Below, in pieces: positions 9,513 to 18,050 of a stretch of 32,000 bases of DNA. Origin of the DNA: Motilimonas cestriensis (GTDB lineage: Bacteria; Pseudomonadota; Gammaproteobacteria; Enterobacterales; CBDFNC01); assembly GCF_021295315.1 (NCBI RefSeq), contig NZ_JAIMJA010000025.1:1-32000 (forward strand). Reading direction: 5' to 3'. Below the pieces are notes generated by a model. The model was not told the origin of the DNA, searched no databases, and saw only the letters and a list, made by a program, of their open reading frames with translations. Within the stretch, counting starts at the first letter, position 1, and every line of letters starts with the position of its first letter. A program made the position numbers and the translations under genes.

Positions 9513-10187
9513 TTAGTCTGATAAGGTTATTTCGCCATAGTAAGACTCGGCTTGGCTGGCGCTATTGTCGGTGTCGGTCATAATGGCAATAACGTCGATG
9601 TAGCGATAGGCTTTGCGATTCGCTTTATCACTGCCTTTGTCACCAAAATGAGTGATTAAGTCTTGATAGATGTTACGCCGCTCTTGGTGCCACTGGCCAA
9701 GGGCGTCTTCTTTGCCGCGCAGCGCGATCATTTTTAGGTTCGACCCAGCATAAGCATTGTTCCAAACTTGCCCTTTTGCTTGGTTACTTGACCATACATA
9801 GCTAATGGATTTAGTGCGCCAGACGAATAAACCGCCTTCGATCACCAAATAAATACGGGCGATATAATCATCACCACTTTTGCTGCGCTCATCTAATGCT
9901 GGCAGGGCTTTTTCTGCTAGCCAGCTCCAATTCAGATAGGGCGTTTCTAACAGATCAATTTGCTGCTTTAACACTAGGCCGGAAGCCGCATTATGACTGA
10001 CCGCTTTTAGCGCTAAACGGCCTTTATATGGTTGCACGCTGTAACTTGTTTGGCCTGAAAACACCTCGGGAGTCCAACGTTCAACCCCCTTGTTGGCCAA
10101 GTCCGTTAAATTAACCGTCGCGTGAGCACTAAAACAAGCACTCAGGCAAAAAAACAGTGATACGTATATGCTGATAAGCGAGCCCAT
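9513..10187 (-). CDS. DUF3047 domain protein, secreted (signal peptide)
   Basis: An N-terminal signal peptide is present (LFFCLSACFSAHA). The conserved DUF3047-type blocks (LNWSW, SGDDYIARIYLV) are recalled from memory of the family. Confidence 0.7.
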   Translation of the reverse strand: MGSLISIYVSLFFCLSACFSAHATVNLTDLANKGVERWTPEVFSGQTSYSVQPYKGRLALKAVSHNAASGLVLKQQIDLLETPYLNWSWLAEKALPALDERSKSGDDYIARIYLVIEGGLFVWRTKSISYVWSSNQAKGQVWNNAYAGSNLKMIALRGKEDALGQWHQERRNIYQDLITHFGDKGSDKANRKAYRYIDVIAIMTDTDNSASQAESYYGEITLSD

Positions 10188-10313
10188 AGGATCACCTTAT
10201 TCATCTTAATGTTTAAGCTTGAGTCTAGCCGAATGGCTCAGTGATCACACTGAATGGTTTTACTTAATCCGAGTTATTGATAAGCAAAATATACCTTATC
10301 CGCTTGTAATAGG

Positions 10314-10349
10314 CTTAAGCAATAGACTTAAGCAATAGACTTAAGCAAA
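10314..10349. repeat. 13-bp tandem repeat CTTAAGCAATAGA, about 2.8 copies
   Basis: The sequence reads CTTAAGCAATAGA CTTAAGCAATAGA CTTAAGCAAA. A further TAAGCAA lies at 10281. The repeat sits between the ygiQ terminator and the DUF3047 gene start. Confidence 0.9.
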
Positions 10350-10387
10350 GCGGAGGTTACTTAAAACAGAAGGTGTTAATTGAGGTT

Positions 10388-10412
10388 AAAAAAATACCCC
10401 GTATTGACGGGG
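10388..10412 (-). terminator. Rho-independent terminator of ygiQ
   Basis: On the minus strand, CCCCGT-caat-ACGGGG is followed by TATTTTTTT, starting 34 bp after the ygiQ stop. Confidence 0.8.
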
Positions 10413-10445
10413 CATTGTATAGCTAATGGCTTAAATTAAGGGCTT

Positions 10446-12770
10446 TTAGCGCCCTTGGCGAGACGGTTTACTCGGCTTGCGTTTACTTGCTGCGCTGGGT
10501 TTATTGCCCGGATTAGCGCGACTGCCTGCTGGCTTGCCATTGTTACTGGGCTTACCTGCCGATTTACCAGCGGCTTTTGGTTTATGCGTAGGGCTAATGG
10601 TTGCGCCTTTTGGTTTTTTAGCATTTCGACCATTGGTGGTGCCGTCTTTGCGAATATCTGGCTGGTTAGGGTGCTTAGTGGCAAAACGGTTGCTGCCGTG
10701 GCGACCCGATTGACGGCGCGTACCGCGCACGTTGATGTGCTCGGCTTCGGCTGATGGGATCAAACACTCAGGGCGCTCACCGATTAAGTTGGCTTTACCC
10801 ATGTCTTTTAACGCTTCACGAATAATCGGCCAGTTAAGAGGGTCGTGATAACGCAGCAAGGCTTTATGTAGGCGACGTTGGCGGTCGCCCTTGGCAACAT
10901 AAAGCTCTTTACGCTTTTTGTATTTCACGCGTGACAGCGGACTGGTTTCTGAGTGATACATGGCGGTGGCGTTACACATAGGTGATGGGTAAAAATTTTG
11001 TACCTGATCGCACTCAAACTCATTTTGCTTAAGCCACAGCGCTAAATTCAGCATGTCTTCATCGCTACAACCCGGATGGGCGGCAATAAAGTAGGGGATT
11101 AAGTACTGTTTTTTACCGGCTTCACGGCTGTATTTTTCAAACATTTCTTTGAATTTGTCATACGCGCCCATGCCTGGCTTCATCATCTGATCCAGTGTGC
11201 CTTTTTCGGTATGCTCCGGAGCAATTTTTAAGTAGCCACCCACGTGATGGGTCACCAGCTCTTTCACATATTCCGGTGATTCAATCGCCAGATCGTATCG
11301 TACGCCCGAGGCGATCATCACGTTTTTCACGCCTTTTACTTTGCGCGCTTCGCGGTAAAGTTCAATGGTGTGTTGATGATCGGTATTGAGTTTTTCACAA
11401 ATTTTTGGAAACACACAAGACGGACGGCGACAGTTGATCTCGGCTTTGGGATCAGAGCAGCCTAGGCGATACATGTTCGCCGTGGGTCCACCTAAGTCGG
11501 AAATGGTGCCGGTAAAGCCTGGTACTTTATCGCGAATGTCTTCCATTTCTTTAATGATTGACTCTTGCGAGCGGTTTTGGATCACGCGGCCTTCATGCTC
11601 AGTGATGCTGCAAAATGAACAACCGCCAAAGCAGCCGCGCATGATGTTGACCGAGGTTTTAATCATCTCATAAGCAGGGATTTTTGCCTTGCCGTAGCTT
11701 GGATGGGGCACGCGCGAATAAGGAAAACCAAATACACCGTCCATTTCTTCGGTAGTCAGTGGAATCGGCGCTTGGTTTACCCAAAGCTCACGCTCGGCAT
11801 GTTGTTGCACTAAGGCGCGACCCGACCAAGGGTTGGTTTCTAAGTGCATCACGCGGCTAGCGTGGGCATATAAAATACGGTCGTTACGCAGCTTTTCAAA
11901 AGACGGTAATCGCACCACGGTATTTTTGGCATCGTGGCGTGAGGTTTGAATACGAATAGGTTTGGCTGGCTCTTCTGCGGGATTTTGCCCCGTGCTGCAC
12001 TCTGACTCAACTTGATATGGATTGGCCATCACCATGGCTTTGCCCGGTTTGTCGATGCGTGATGAATCGACCACTTTAAAATCTTCTGGGACTTCTTTTA
12101 ACATCACTGCGGTGCCGCGAATACGGGTAAGGTCATTAACCGATTCACCTTTGCCTAAGCGATGTGCCACTTCAACGAGGGCGCGCTCGGCGTTACCAAA
12201 TAACAAGATATTGCCTTTGGCATCGGGCAGTACGCTGCGACGGATCTTATCCGACCAATAATCGTAATGGGCAATGCGGCGCAAGCTGGCTTCAATGCCA
12301 CCCAGTACCAGTGGTATTTCTTTATAGGCTTCGCGGCAACGTTGCGAATAAATCAACACGGCGCGATCAGGGCGTTTACCGCCTTCGTTATTCGGGGTGT
12401 AGGCATCATCGCTACGAAGTTTTCGGTCTGCGGTGTAACGGTTGATCATCGAGTCCATGTTCCCAGCGGTGATCCCGAAAAATAAATTTGGCCGACCTAG
12501 CGCCATAAAAGCGTCTTTGCTGCTCCAATCAGGCTGGGCAATAATGCCCACGCGAAAGCCTTGTGATTCAAGCATGCGGCCGATAACGGCCATGCCGAAG
12601 CTGGGATGGTCAACATATGCATCACCGGTGACGAGAATAACGTCACAGCTGTCCCAGCCAAGCTGTTTCATTTCCCGTTTTGACATAGGTAGGAAAGGCG
12701 CTGGTTTGAGATCAGGGCGGAATTTTGGGTAGTCAAAAAGACCAATTTCAGCTTGCATAAGTACATCCAC
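10446..12770 (-). CDS. ygiQ: YgiQ-family radical SAM protein (UPF0313) with a basic low-complexity C-terminal tail
   Basis: The N-terminus reads [56 protein letters not shown]. The radical-SAM cluster motif is CFGGCSFCS. The last 100 or so residues are rich in K, P, G, N and S. Confidence 0.93.
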   Translation of the reverse strand: MDVLMQAEIGLFDYPKFRPDLKPAPFLPMSKREMKQLGWDSCDVILVTGDAYVDHPSFGMAVIGRMLESQGFRVGIIAQPDWSSKDAFMALGRPNLFFGITAGNMDSMINRYTADRKLRSDDAYTPNNEGGKRPDRAVLIYSQRCREAYKEIPLVLGGIEASLRRIAHYDYWSDKIRRSVLPDAKGNILLFGNAERALVEVAHRLGKGESVNDLTRIRGTAVMLKEVPEDFKVVDSSRIDKPGKAMVMANPYQVESECSTGQNPAEEPAKPIRIQTSRHDAKNTVVRLPSFEKLRNDRILYAHASRVMHLETNPWSGRALVQQHAERELWVNQAPIPLTTEEMDGVFGFPYSRVPHPSYGKAKIPAYEMIKTSVNIMRGCFGGCSFCSITEHEGRVIQNRSQESIIKEMEDIRDKVPGFTGTISDLGGPTANMYRLGCSDPKAEINCRRPSCVFPKICEKLNTDHQHTIELYREARKVKGVKNVMIASGVRYDLAIESPEYVKELVTHHVGGYLKIAPEHTEKGTLDQMMKPGMGAYDKFKEMFEKYSREAGKKQYLIPYFIAAHPGCSDEDMLNLALWLKQNEFECDQVQNFYPSPMCNATAMYHSETSPLSRVKYKKRKELYVAKGDRQRRLHKALLRYHDPLNWPIIREALKDMGKANLIGERPECLIPSAEAEHINVRGTRRQSGRHGSNRFATKHPNQPDIRKDGTTNGRNAKKPKGATISPTHKPKAAGKSAGKPSNNGKPAGSRANPGNKPSAASKRKPSKPSRQGR

Positions 12771-12860
12771 AACTTTGGGGGCGCAAAGTATAACCTATCC
12801 CCAAGCCACTTCAAACTGAAGGATCCCGTGTATGTTAAGGATTTTTTCTATTAGGGGTTG

Positions 12861-13700
12861 TTAGGGTTTAATGATGACACTTTCATCCTTATAACTCGGC
12901 TTTTTCTGCGCGTGATTATTAAAGTGATTAAGCGAGCCGATTTGTTTTAGCGCATCTGGCTTACCAGCGATTAAAATTGGAATGCCATTAGTGAGTTGCT
13001 GGGTTTTACTGGATAGGTGCTCTGGCTTATTTAAATAACGCAGATGGATCACAGGAGTAGGAGCAAGACGTCGGCGAAAGGCGACTTCTTTGCTTCTGTC
13101 ACTGGCGATTTGATTGGCTAGCACATTGACGTTAGCTTGTGCTACCTCATCCATGGTTTGATGACGCTCTTGCTCCACCAAGTTAATCGCTTTATCTGTT
13201 TTTGAGCGCACATTACTGGTTTTTGTGGCCCAACTAAAACGAATGCTGGTCAGGGGGTCGGTACAATAATGAATTTTGCGCAATATCTGTAACGTGATCG
13301 CGCATGGCCGTAAATCATGTACCAGATTAAAACGTACATGACGGTTTTTCTGCTTGGCTAAAAAGGTTTTAATTTCGCCTTTGGTGTGATTGACCTGCTC
13401 GCACAACAGCGCAAGTTTAGCAGGCTCACAATCCAGCCAAATAAACCCTGCTGCTTTGCGCGTTATTTTAAGATTGCTATTAGGATCGCCACTGTAATTT
13501 TTAATCCGGCGCCAACCAAGTTGCCGAGCTGGCTCGCCGCTGCTGGCTTCTACAGGGATGACATCAGGAATGGTATGTTGTTCTTTGCCATACACAGGTA
13601 AAGCGAAGGTGTGGGCTTGCACTATGGCGCTGGTCAATACCAGTTCTTCTAACTCATGCAGTTGATTATCTAACGTGTCTAACAAAGCCGCTAATTCCAT
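12861..13700 (-). CDS. tus: DNA replication terminus site-binding protein Tus
   Basis: The sequence aligns by eye with E. coli Tus along its length. Examples are LDTLDNQLHELEE vs LNTTFRQMEQELA, ITLQILRKIHYCTDPLTSIRFSWA vs [23 protein letters not shown], and PTPVIHLRY vs VQPIARVWY. I chose the ATG at 13700 (AAGGGA 6 nt upstream); the track's TTG start at 13736 is an alternative. Confidence 0.8.
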   Translation of the reverse strand: MELAALLDTLDNQLHELEELVLTSAIVQAHTFALPVYGKEQHTIPDVIPVEASSGEPARQLGWRRIKNYSGDPNSNLKITRKAAGFIWLDCEPAKLALLCEQVNHTKGEIKTFLAKQKNRHVRFNLVHDLRPCAITLQILRKIHYCTDPLTSIRFSWATKTSNVRSKTDKAINLVEQERHQTMDEVAQANVNVLANQIASDRSKEVAFRRRLAPTPVIHLRYLNKPEHLSSKTQQLTNGIPILIAGKPDALKQIGSLNHFNNHAQKKPSYKDESVIIKP

Positions 13701-13713
13701 ATATTCCCTTCGT

Positions 13714-13812
13714 TTATTGGCTACGAGCCTGTTCAAAGTGTAAAGCGCCTATTTGATGGCTTAACCATAACAGCGCGTCTAAATCCGATAAAGTGGCGGC
13801 TCGAATTTCCAT
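13714..13812 (-). pseudogene. Possible remnant of a GNAT acetyltransferase N-terminus (32 codons)
   Basis: The minus-strand ATG at 13812 gives MEIRAATLSDLDALLWLSHQIGALHFEQARSQ*. This resembles the beta1/alpha1 start of GNAT enzymes. It stops 14 nt before the tus ATG. Confidence 0.3.
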
Positions 13813-13868
13813 TATTGCAGTTCCCTCTGTCTTTCGTGTTAGGCGAAGTTGCCCACGTCACTAGGCGA

Positions 13869-13898
13869 TTACCTTAGCAAATGAGCTTGCTAAGGTAA
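13869..13898. promoter_or_regulatory. Perfect 12-bp-arm inverted repeat TTACCTTAGCAA-N6-TTGCTAAGGTAA upstream of tus
   Basis: This is seen directly in the sequence. No flanking U-tract is present, so it looks more like an operator than a terminator. Confidence 0.4.
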
Positions 13899-13948
13899 CT
13901 TGGCAGGCGAAGAGTTAGCTATTAAATCAGTATGCTTAAGCCATTGAA

Positions 13949-14146
13949 ATGACTTTAGCCACTAATTTGACGATCCCGGCATCGGCTTCTAAAATGTTGC
14001 TCGCCAAGATATTGACCGACATGGCCTCGCCTGATGCGTATATGACACCTGCTCAGTCGGCTGAAAAATGGGTTCATTTGGTTAAACAAGACAAGCTGAA
14101 ACCCAGAGATTACATTTGCTTAGAAACGGGAAAGCTGCCTTGGTGA
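13949..14146 (+). CDS. Hypothetical 65-aa protein (weak call)
   Basis: The call rests on the ORF alone. There is no convincing Shine-Dalgarno sequence and no recognisable motif. Confidence 0.25.
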   Translation: MTLATNLTIPASASKMLLAKILTDMASPDAYMTPAQSAEKWVHLVKQDKLKPRDYICLETGKLPW

Positions 14147-14235
14147 TAGCCTAAACGGCTAAGTAGGATTGGATATATGGGTTTTGCTTAAAGCGGTTAG
14201 AACCACTTTAGGTAAACTATTAACGGACACTTAAT

Positions 14236-14592
14236 TTGAAACGAAAAGATCGAGGCTGCTATTGCTCACTCTGGCAGCAGTCTCCAGAAACCTTGATTGA
14301 ACAAGGTGTTAAAAAGGGCTACTGTGGTGTTTGTAATATCTGCGATCAGCAAGGCCACTTGCGCCACGCTCCTGGGGCATTCCCATATACCGACGCGTGG
14401 TGTGATCAATGCTTTAAGGTTCAGTCGGTGATTAATCTATTACAGGCTTTAGCCATCCCTATGTTGGTTGGCTCCTTGTTTTTTCAGGCTTGGTTGTTCA
14501 CAGGGCTTGCGGCGCTGTTATTTGGCCAAGGGTACTGGCTGAATAACGATGGCAAAGCCATCATTAGGAAGTTGTCCCGTAAACTAGTGTGA
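14236..14592 (+). CDS. Hypothetical Cys-rich protein with C-terminal transmembrane segments
   Basis: The N-terminal half has 9 Cys, including CYC, CGVCNIC and CDQC, which suggests a zinc-ribbon-like fold. The C-terminal half is hydrophobic (LLQALAIPMLVGSLFFQAWLFTGLAALLFG). The only available start is a TTG. Confidence 0.45.
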   Translation: MKRKDRGCYCSLWQQSPETLIEQGVKKGYCGVCNICDQQGHLRHAPGAFPYTDAWCDQCFKVQSVINLLQALAIPMLVGSLFFQAWLFTGLAALLFGQGYWLNNDGKAIIRKLSRKLV

Positions 14593-14613
14593 TCTTGATG
14601 TAAGGGCATAGCT

Positions 14614-14757
14614 ATGAAAATTGATAGAAAGATGCGCTGGGTTGCTCGAATTTTCTTTGTTGCTTTCTCCTTTGTGGTGATCCGTATGCTGTTTGAAGGT
14701 GGTTATGGATACACCAGTGCTGGAGAGTCAATATGGCTCGTCCAGCCTAGCCGCTAG
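14614..14757 (+). CDS. Possible 47-aa small membrane protein
   Basis: The ATG is preceded by TAAGGG 8 nt upstream. The product is MKIDRKMRWVARIFFVAFSFVVIRMLFEGGYGYTSAGESIWLVQPSR, with one TM segment. It lies 21 nt after the preceding ORF. It is below the ORF-track size cutoff. Confidence 0.35.
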   Translation: MKIDRKMRWVARIFFVAFSFVVIRMLFEGGYGYTSAGESIWLVQPSR

Positions 14758-14926
14758 ACATTCGATTTTCACAACATTCATCGCCCATGCTTATTTCGCC
14801 GTTTGAGAGATGCCGCACACGACTTGTTATTAAATAGTAAGTTTTATGTTACAGCTAACAGACCAGTTAGAAAATAATGCATAGAATCCTTTCCCTTACG
14901 ATTAAGCTGGGTAAGCGGAGCTGCTA

Positions 14927-16642
14927 ATGATTCAAGGTAAGGCGATGATTTTACTCGCCAGTATGTTAATGCTAGGCGCCTGTGGTGGTGGTTCAAGCAA
15001 TGCTGGCAATGCTCAGGGGAGTGGAGGAGATCAATCGCCATCGCAGCCACCCACTTCAATACCAGATGGTCAAACCCCGCCGGGAAATGAACAAGAAAAG
15101 CCGCTCACCTATCCGCAGATGAGCGTTGCACAGGCAAGTCGTTTGTTGCATCAAGGCACCATGGGGCCAACAGGTGCTGAAATTAGCGCAGCGAGTAAGC
15201 TATCTGCTCACGCTTGGATTCATGACCAGTTTAGCCAACCAATCACCTATCATTTGCCATTACTCAAGTTAAGCCCAGGTAAAGATCAAGCAAGTTACAG
15301 CAACCGAATTGACACATGGTGGCGAGCCAGTCTAAGTTCGCCGGATCAACTTAGACAACGGGTGGCGTTTGCTCTAAGCCAAATTTTTGTGGTGTCAGAT
15401 ACCGGTAATAATTTACGCAGTCGCCCTGAAGGCATGCTCAATTATTATGATTTATTACTTAAACATAGTTTTGGTAATTATCGCGACCTTTTGCAAGCGG
15501 TGACGTTATCACCGGTTATGGGCACGTATTTAAGTCATTTAGGTAATGAAAAAGCCAATGTTGAACTTAATATTCGCCCCGATGAAAACTATGCCCGAGA
15601 AGTAATGCAGTTATTTACTATTGGGTTAGAAGAGTTGAACCTTGATGGCACGCCAAAACGAGACAGCAATGGCAATACCATTGCGACTTATGATCAAACT
15701 CAAATAGAAGGGTTTGCCCGTATTTTCACTGGCTGGACTTTTGCTGAAAGTACGAAATGGAAATATCCAAACAAAGATTACCTAAACCCAATGCAAGTTT
15801 GGCCTGAATATCATTCAGAGCTTGAAAAAACCTTACTCAATGGCACCGTCGTCGCGGCCAATGAAGGCCCAGAAAACGCCCTTAAACTTGCACTAGATAA
15901 TTTATTTCAGAACGATAATGTCGGTCCATTTATTGGCAAACAGTTGATCCAACGGTTAACGACTTCTAACCCAAGTGCTGATTATATCGCCCGCGTTAGT
16001 CAAGTATTTAACGATAATGGCTCCGGTGTACGCGGTGATTTAAAAGCCGTTGTTTACGCTATTTTAATGGATCAGGAAGCGCGTGATTTAAGCCAAGCCC
16101 CTGAACACTTTGGAAAATTGAAAGAGCCACTGCTGCAAACTGCGCAGTTATGGCGAGAGCTTAACGCATATAGTCAATCTGGCTATTTCTATACTTGGGA
16201 TTTAGCATCTACTCATGGTCAAGTGCCACTGGGCTCACCATCGGTATTCAATTTTTACCGACCAGACTACCAACCGTTATCCTTAGCAGGAACTGAGCTG
16301 GTGGCGCCAGAAGCGCAAATTGCCAACAGTGCTACCAGTATCGGCTTACTTAATTATCATTACTCAAGTTTAGTGTGGCGTATTGCCAGTACCAAAGATC
16401 AGACGGCAGGCAATCAAATATTAGTGGACTTGTCACCTCATGCGCAAATCGTTGAACAAGAAGGAAAAGCGGCGTTAGTTGAATACTACAATCAAGTGTT
16501 TTTAAGTAAGCAAATGAGTGATGAATTAAGGCAAGAGCTGCTCAGTGTTTTTGATTGGGCTGCTAAGTATGATTTAGAGTATCAAATTGCTTATTGCTTG
16601 TTTTTATTAGTCGTTTCTCCTGAATACGTACATCAAAGGTAA
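14927..16642 (+). CDS. DUF1800 family protein, predicted lipoprotein
   Basis: A lipobox (LMLGAC) is followed by a Gly/Ser/Pro-rich linker. The body has conserved DUF1800-like blocks (ALSQIFVVS, MGTYLSHLGN, ENYAREVMQLFTIG). The gene is translationally coupled to a DUF1501 gene, which is the usual pairing. Confidence 0.8.
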   Translation: MIQGKAMILLASMLMLGACGGGSSNAGNAQGSGGDQSPSQPPTSIPDGQTPPGNEQEKPLTYPQMSVAQASRLLHQGTMGPTGAEISAASKLSAHAWIHDQFSQPITYHLPLLKLSPGKDQASYSNRIDTWWRASLSSPDQLRQRVAFALSQIFVVSDTGNNLRSRPEGMLNYYDLLLKHSFGNYRDLLQAVTLSPVMGTYLSHLGNEKANVELNIRPDENYAREVMQLFTIGLEELNLDGTPKRDSNGNTIATYDQTQIEGFARIFTGWTFAESTKWKYPNKDYLNPMQVWPEYHSELEKTLLNGTVVAANEGPENALKLALDNLFQNDNVGPFIGKQLIQRLTTSNPSADYIARVSQVFNDNGSGVRGDLKAVVYAILMDQEARDLSQAPEHFGKLKEPLLQTAQLWRELNAYSQSGYFYTWDLASTHGQVPLGSPSVFNFYRPDYQPLSLAGTELVAPEAQIANSATSIGLLNYHYSSLVWRIASTKDQTAGNQILVDLSPHAQIVEQEGKAALVEYYNQVFLSKQMSDELRQELLSVFDWAAKYDLEYQIAYCLFLLVVSPEYVHQR

Positions 16643-17976
16643 TGGATATGGATCGCAGAACATTTTTGTCTTTATGTATTAAGGGTGGCGTATCAGCTGC
16701 TATGCTGACATCAACGCAACTTAGTGCGATGCAGAGCTTATTAAATCAACAACATTACAATGATTATAAGGCCTTAGTTTGCATATTTTTATTGGGCGGT
16801 AATGACTCAATGAATATGTTGCTGCCAATGTCGGGGCAAGACAAAGCGGATTATTTAGCCAGTCGTCAGAATCTGGCGATTGTTGATCCTGTTAGGTTAT
16901 CACCTATTTCTACTCTGCCTGAGACAGGGTTAAACCCTGCTTTAGCACCACTTCATGAATTATTTAATGCAGGTGACTTGGCGTTTGTTGGCGGCGTAGG
17001 AACCTTGTCTGCTCCAACCTCGTTGGACGATTACATTAATAAGCGCAGTCATATCCCTAGCCATTTATTCTCTCATAATGATCAACAAGCGCGGTGGATG
17101 CACGGTAAAGAAAAACAGAGTATTAACACCGGTTGGGGCGCGCGGATGTTGGAGTTACTTGAAGACCAGCCTCATTTCGCCAGTAATATCTCTCTAGCAG
17201 GCACCAATCCATGGCAAATTGGTAGTAAGACGTCGGCATTTGCCATGTCTCGAACAGGCCAAGCCAATATAAGTGCATTCTCTGGCACGAATACACGAGC
17301 CGTGCAATTAGAGCAAAGTGTGATGCGCCAACTTGCCGCTAGTCAAAAAAGAATGGCGAAGGTATACGGTGACGGGTTAACTCAAGGTATCGCCAACAGC
17401 CAAGCAATGAATGCCAGTTTAGAGAATGTTGCGCCATTGCCAGATTTTGGCGAGGGCCGCTTGTCTCAGCAGTTACAAACAGTGGCTAGAGTTATTGCCA
17501 GTCAAAGTCAGCAAGGCGCGGGCCGGCAAATTTTCTATGTCACTATGGGCGGTTTTGATACCCATGATGAACAGGTGACTAAGCATCCAGAGCTATTAGC
17601 TGAGCTAGCGACCAGCTTTAGTGAGTTTAATCAAGCCATGGTGAGTTTAGGTGTCAGTGATCAGGTAACGAGTTTTACCATGTCTGATTTTGGTCGCACC
17701 TTGAGCTCGAACGGTGATGGTACTGACCATGGCTGGGCCGGTAATCAAATCGTGATGGGCGGTGCGGTCAAAGGCCAAGATATATATGGGGCACTCTTAC
17801 CGCAACGTTTGGACAGTGAGTTTGATGTTAAAGGTGGACGCTTGATCCCACAAGTCAGTACCGATCAATACAGCGCCACTTTAGCTAAATGGTTTGGCTT
17901 GAGCGCTGGTGAACTAAATGAACTATTTCCCAGTTTAAGTCGTTTTGATCAGCAAACATTGAATTTTATGACTTAA
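16642..17976 (+). CDS. DUF1501 family protein (sulfatase/alkaline-phosphatase-like), Tat signal
   Basis: A twin-arginine signal (MDRRTFLSL) is present, along with the motifs LLGGNDSMN, GGFDTHD and GTDHGWAG. The start overlaps the DUF1800 stop (TAATG). Confidence 0.85.
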   Translation: MDMDRRTFLSLCIKGGVSAAMLTSTQLSAMQSLLNQQHYNDYKALVCIFLLGGNDSMNMLLPMSGQDKADYLASRQNLAIVDPVRLSPISTLPETGLNPALAPLHELFNAGDLAFVGGVGTLSAPTSLDDYINKRSHIPSHLFSHNDQQARWMHGKEKQSINTGWGARMLELLEDQPHFASNISLAGTNPWQIGSKTSAFAMSRTGQANISAFSGTNTRAVQLEQSVMRQLAASQKRMAKVYGDGLTQGIANSQAMNASLENVAPLPDFGEGRLSQQLQTVARVIASQSQQGAGRQIFYVTMGGFDTHDEQVTKHPELLAELATSFSEFNQAMVSLGVSDQVTSFTMSDFGRTLSSNGDGTDHGWAGNQIVMGGAVKGQDIYGALLPQRLDSEFDVKGGRLIPQVSTDQYSATLAKWFGLSAGELNELFPSLSRFDQQTLNFMT

Positions 17977-17990
17977 GTGTGCATAACAAA

Positions 17991-18013
17991 AAGCCCAACT
18001 AATGGTTGGGCTT
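17991..18013 (-). terminator. Intrinsic terminator (probably bidirectional) between DUF1501 and gloA
   Basis: AAGCCCAAC-taatg-GTTGGGCTT forms a 9-bp stem. On the minus strand it is followed by TTTTGTT. Confidence 0.75.
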
Positions 18014-18050
18014 ATACTCAAGTAACTAGTTTAGTTTTTTATAGAGGTAA

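Noticed and set aside
10436-10754. ORFs overlapping the 3' end of ygiQ (10436-10684 minus, 10455-10754 plus, 10477-10713 plus).
   Set aside because: They fall within the GC- and Lys/Pro-biased tail-coding region of ygiQ. The ygiQ frame is continuous with a well-conserved protein, so these are frame artefacts.
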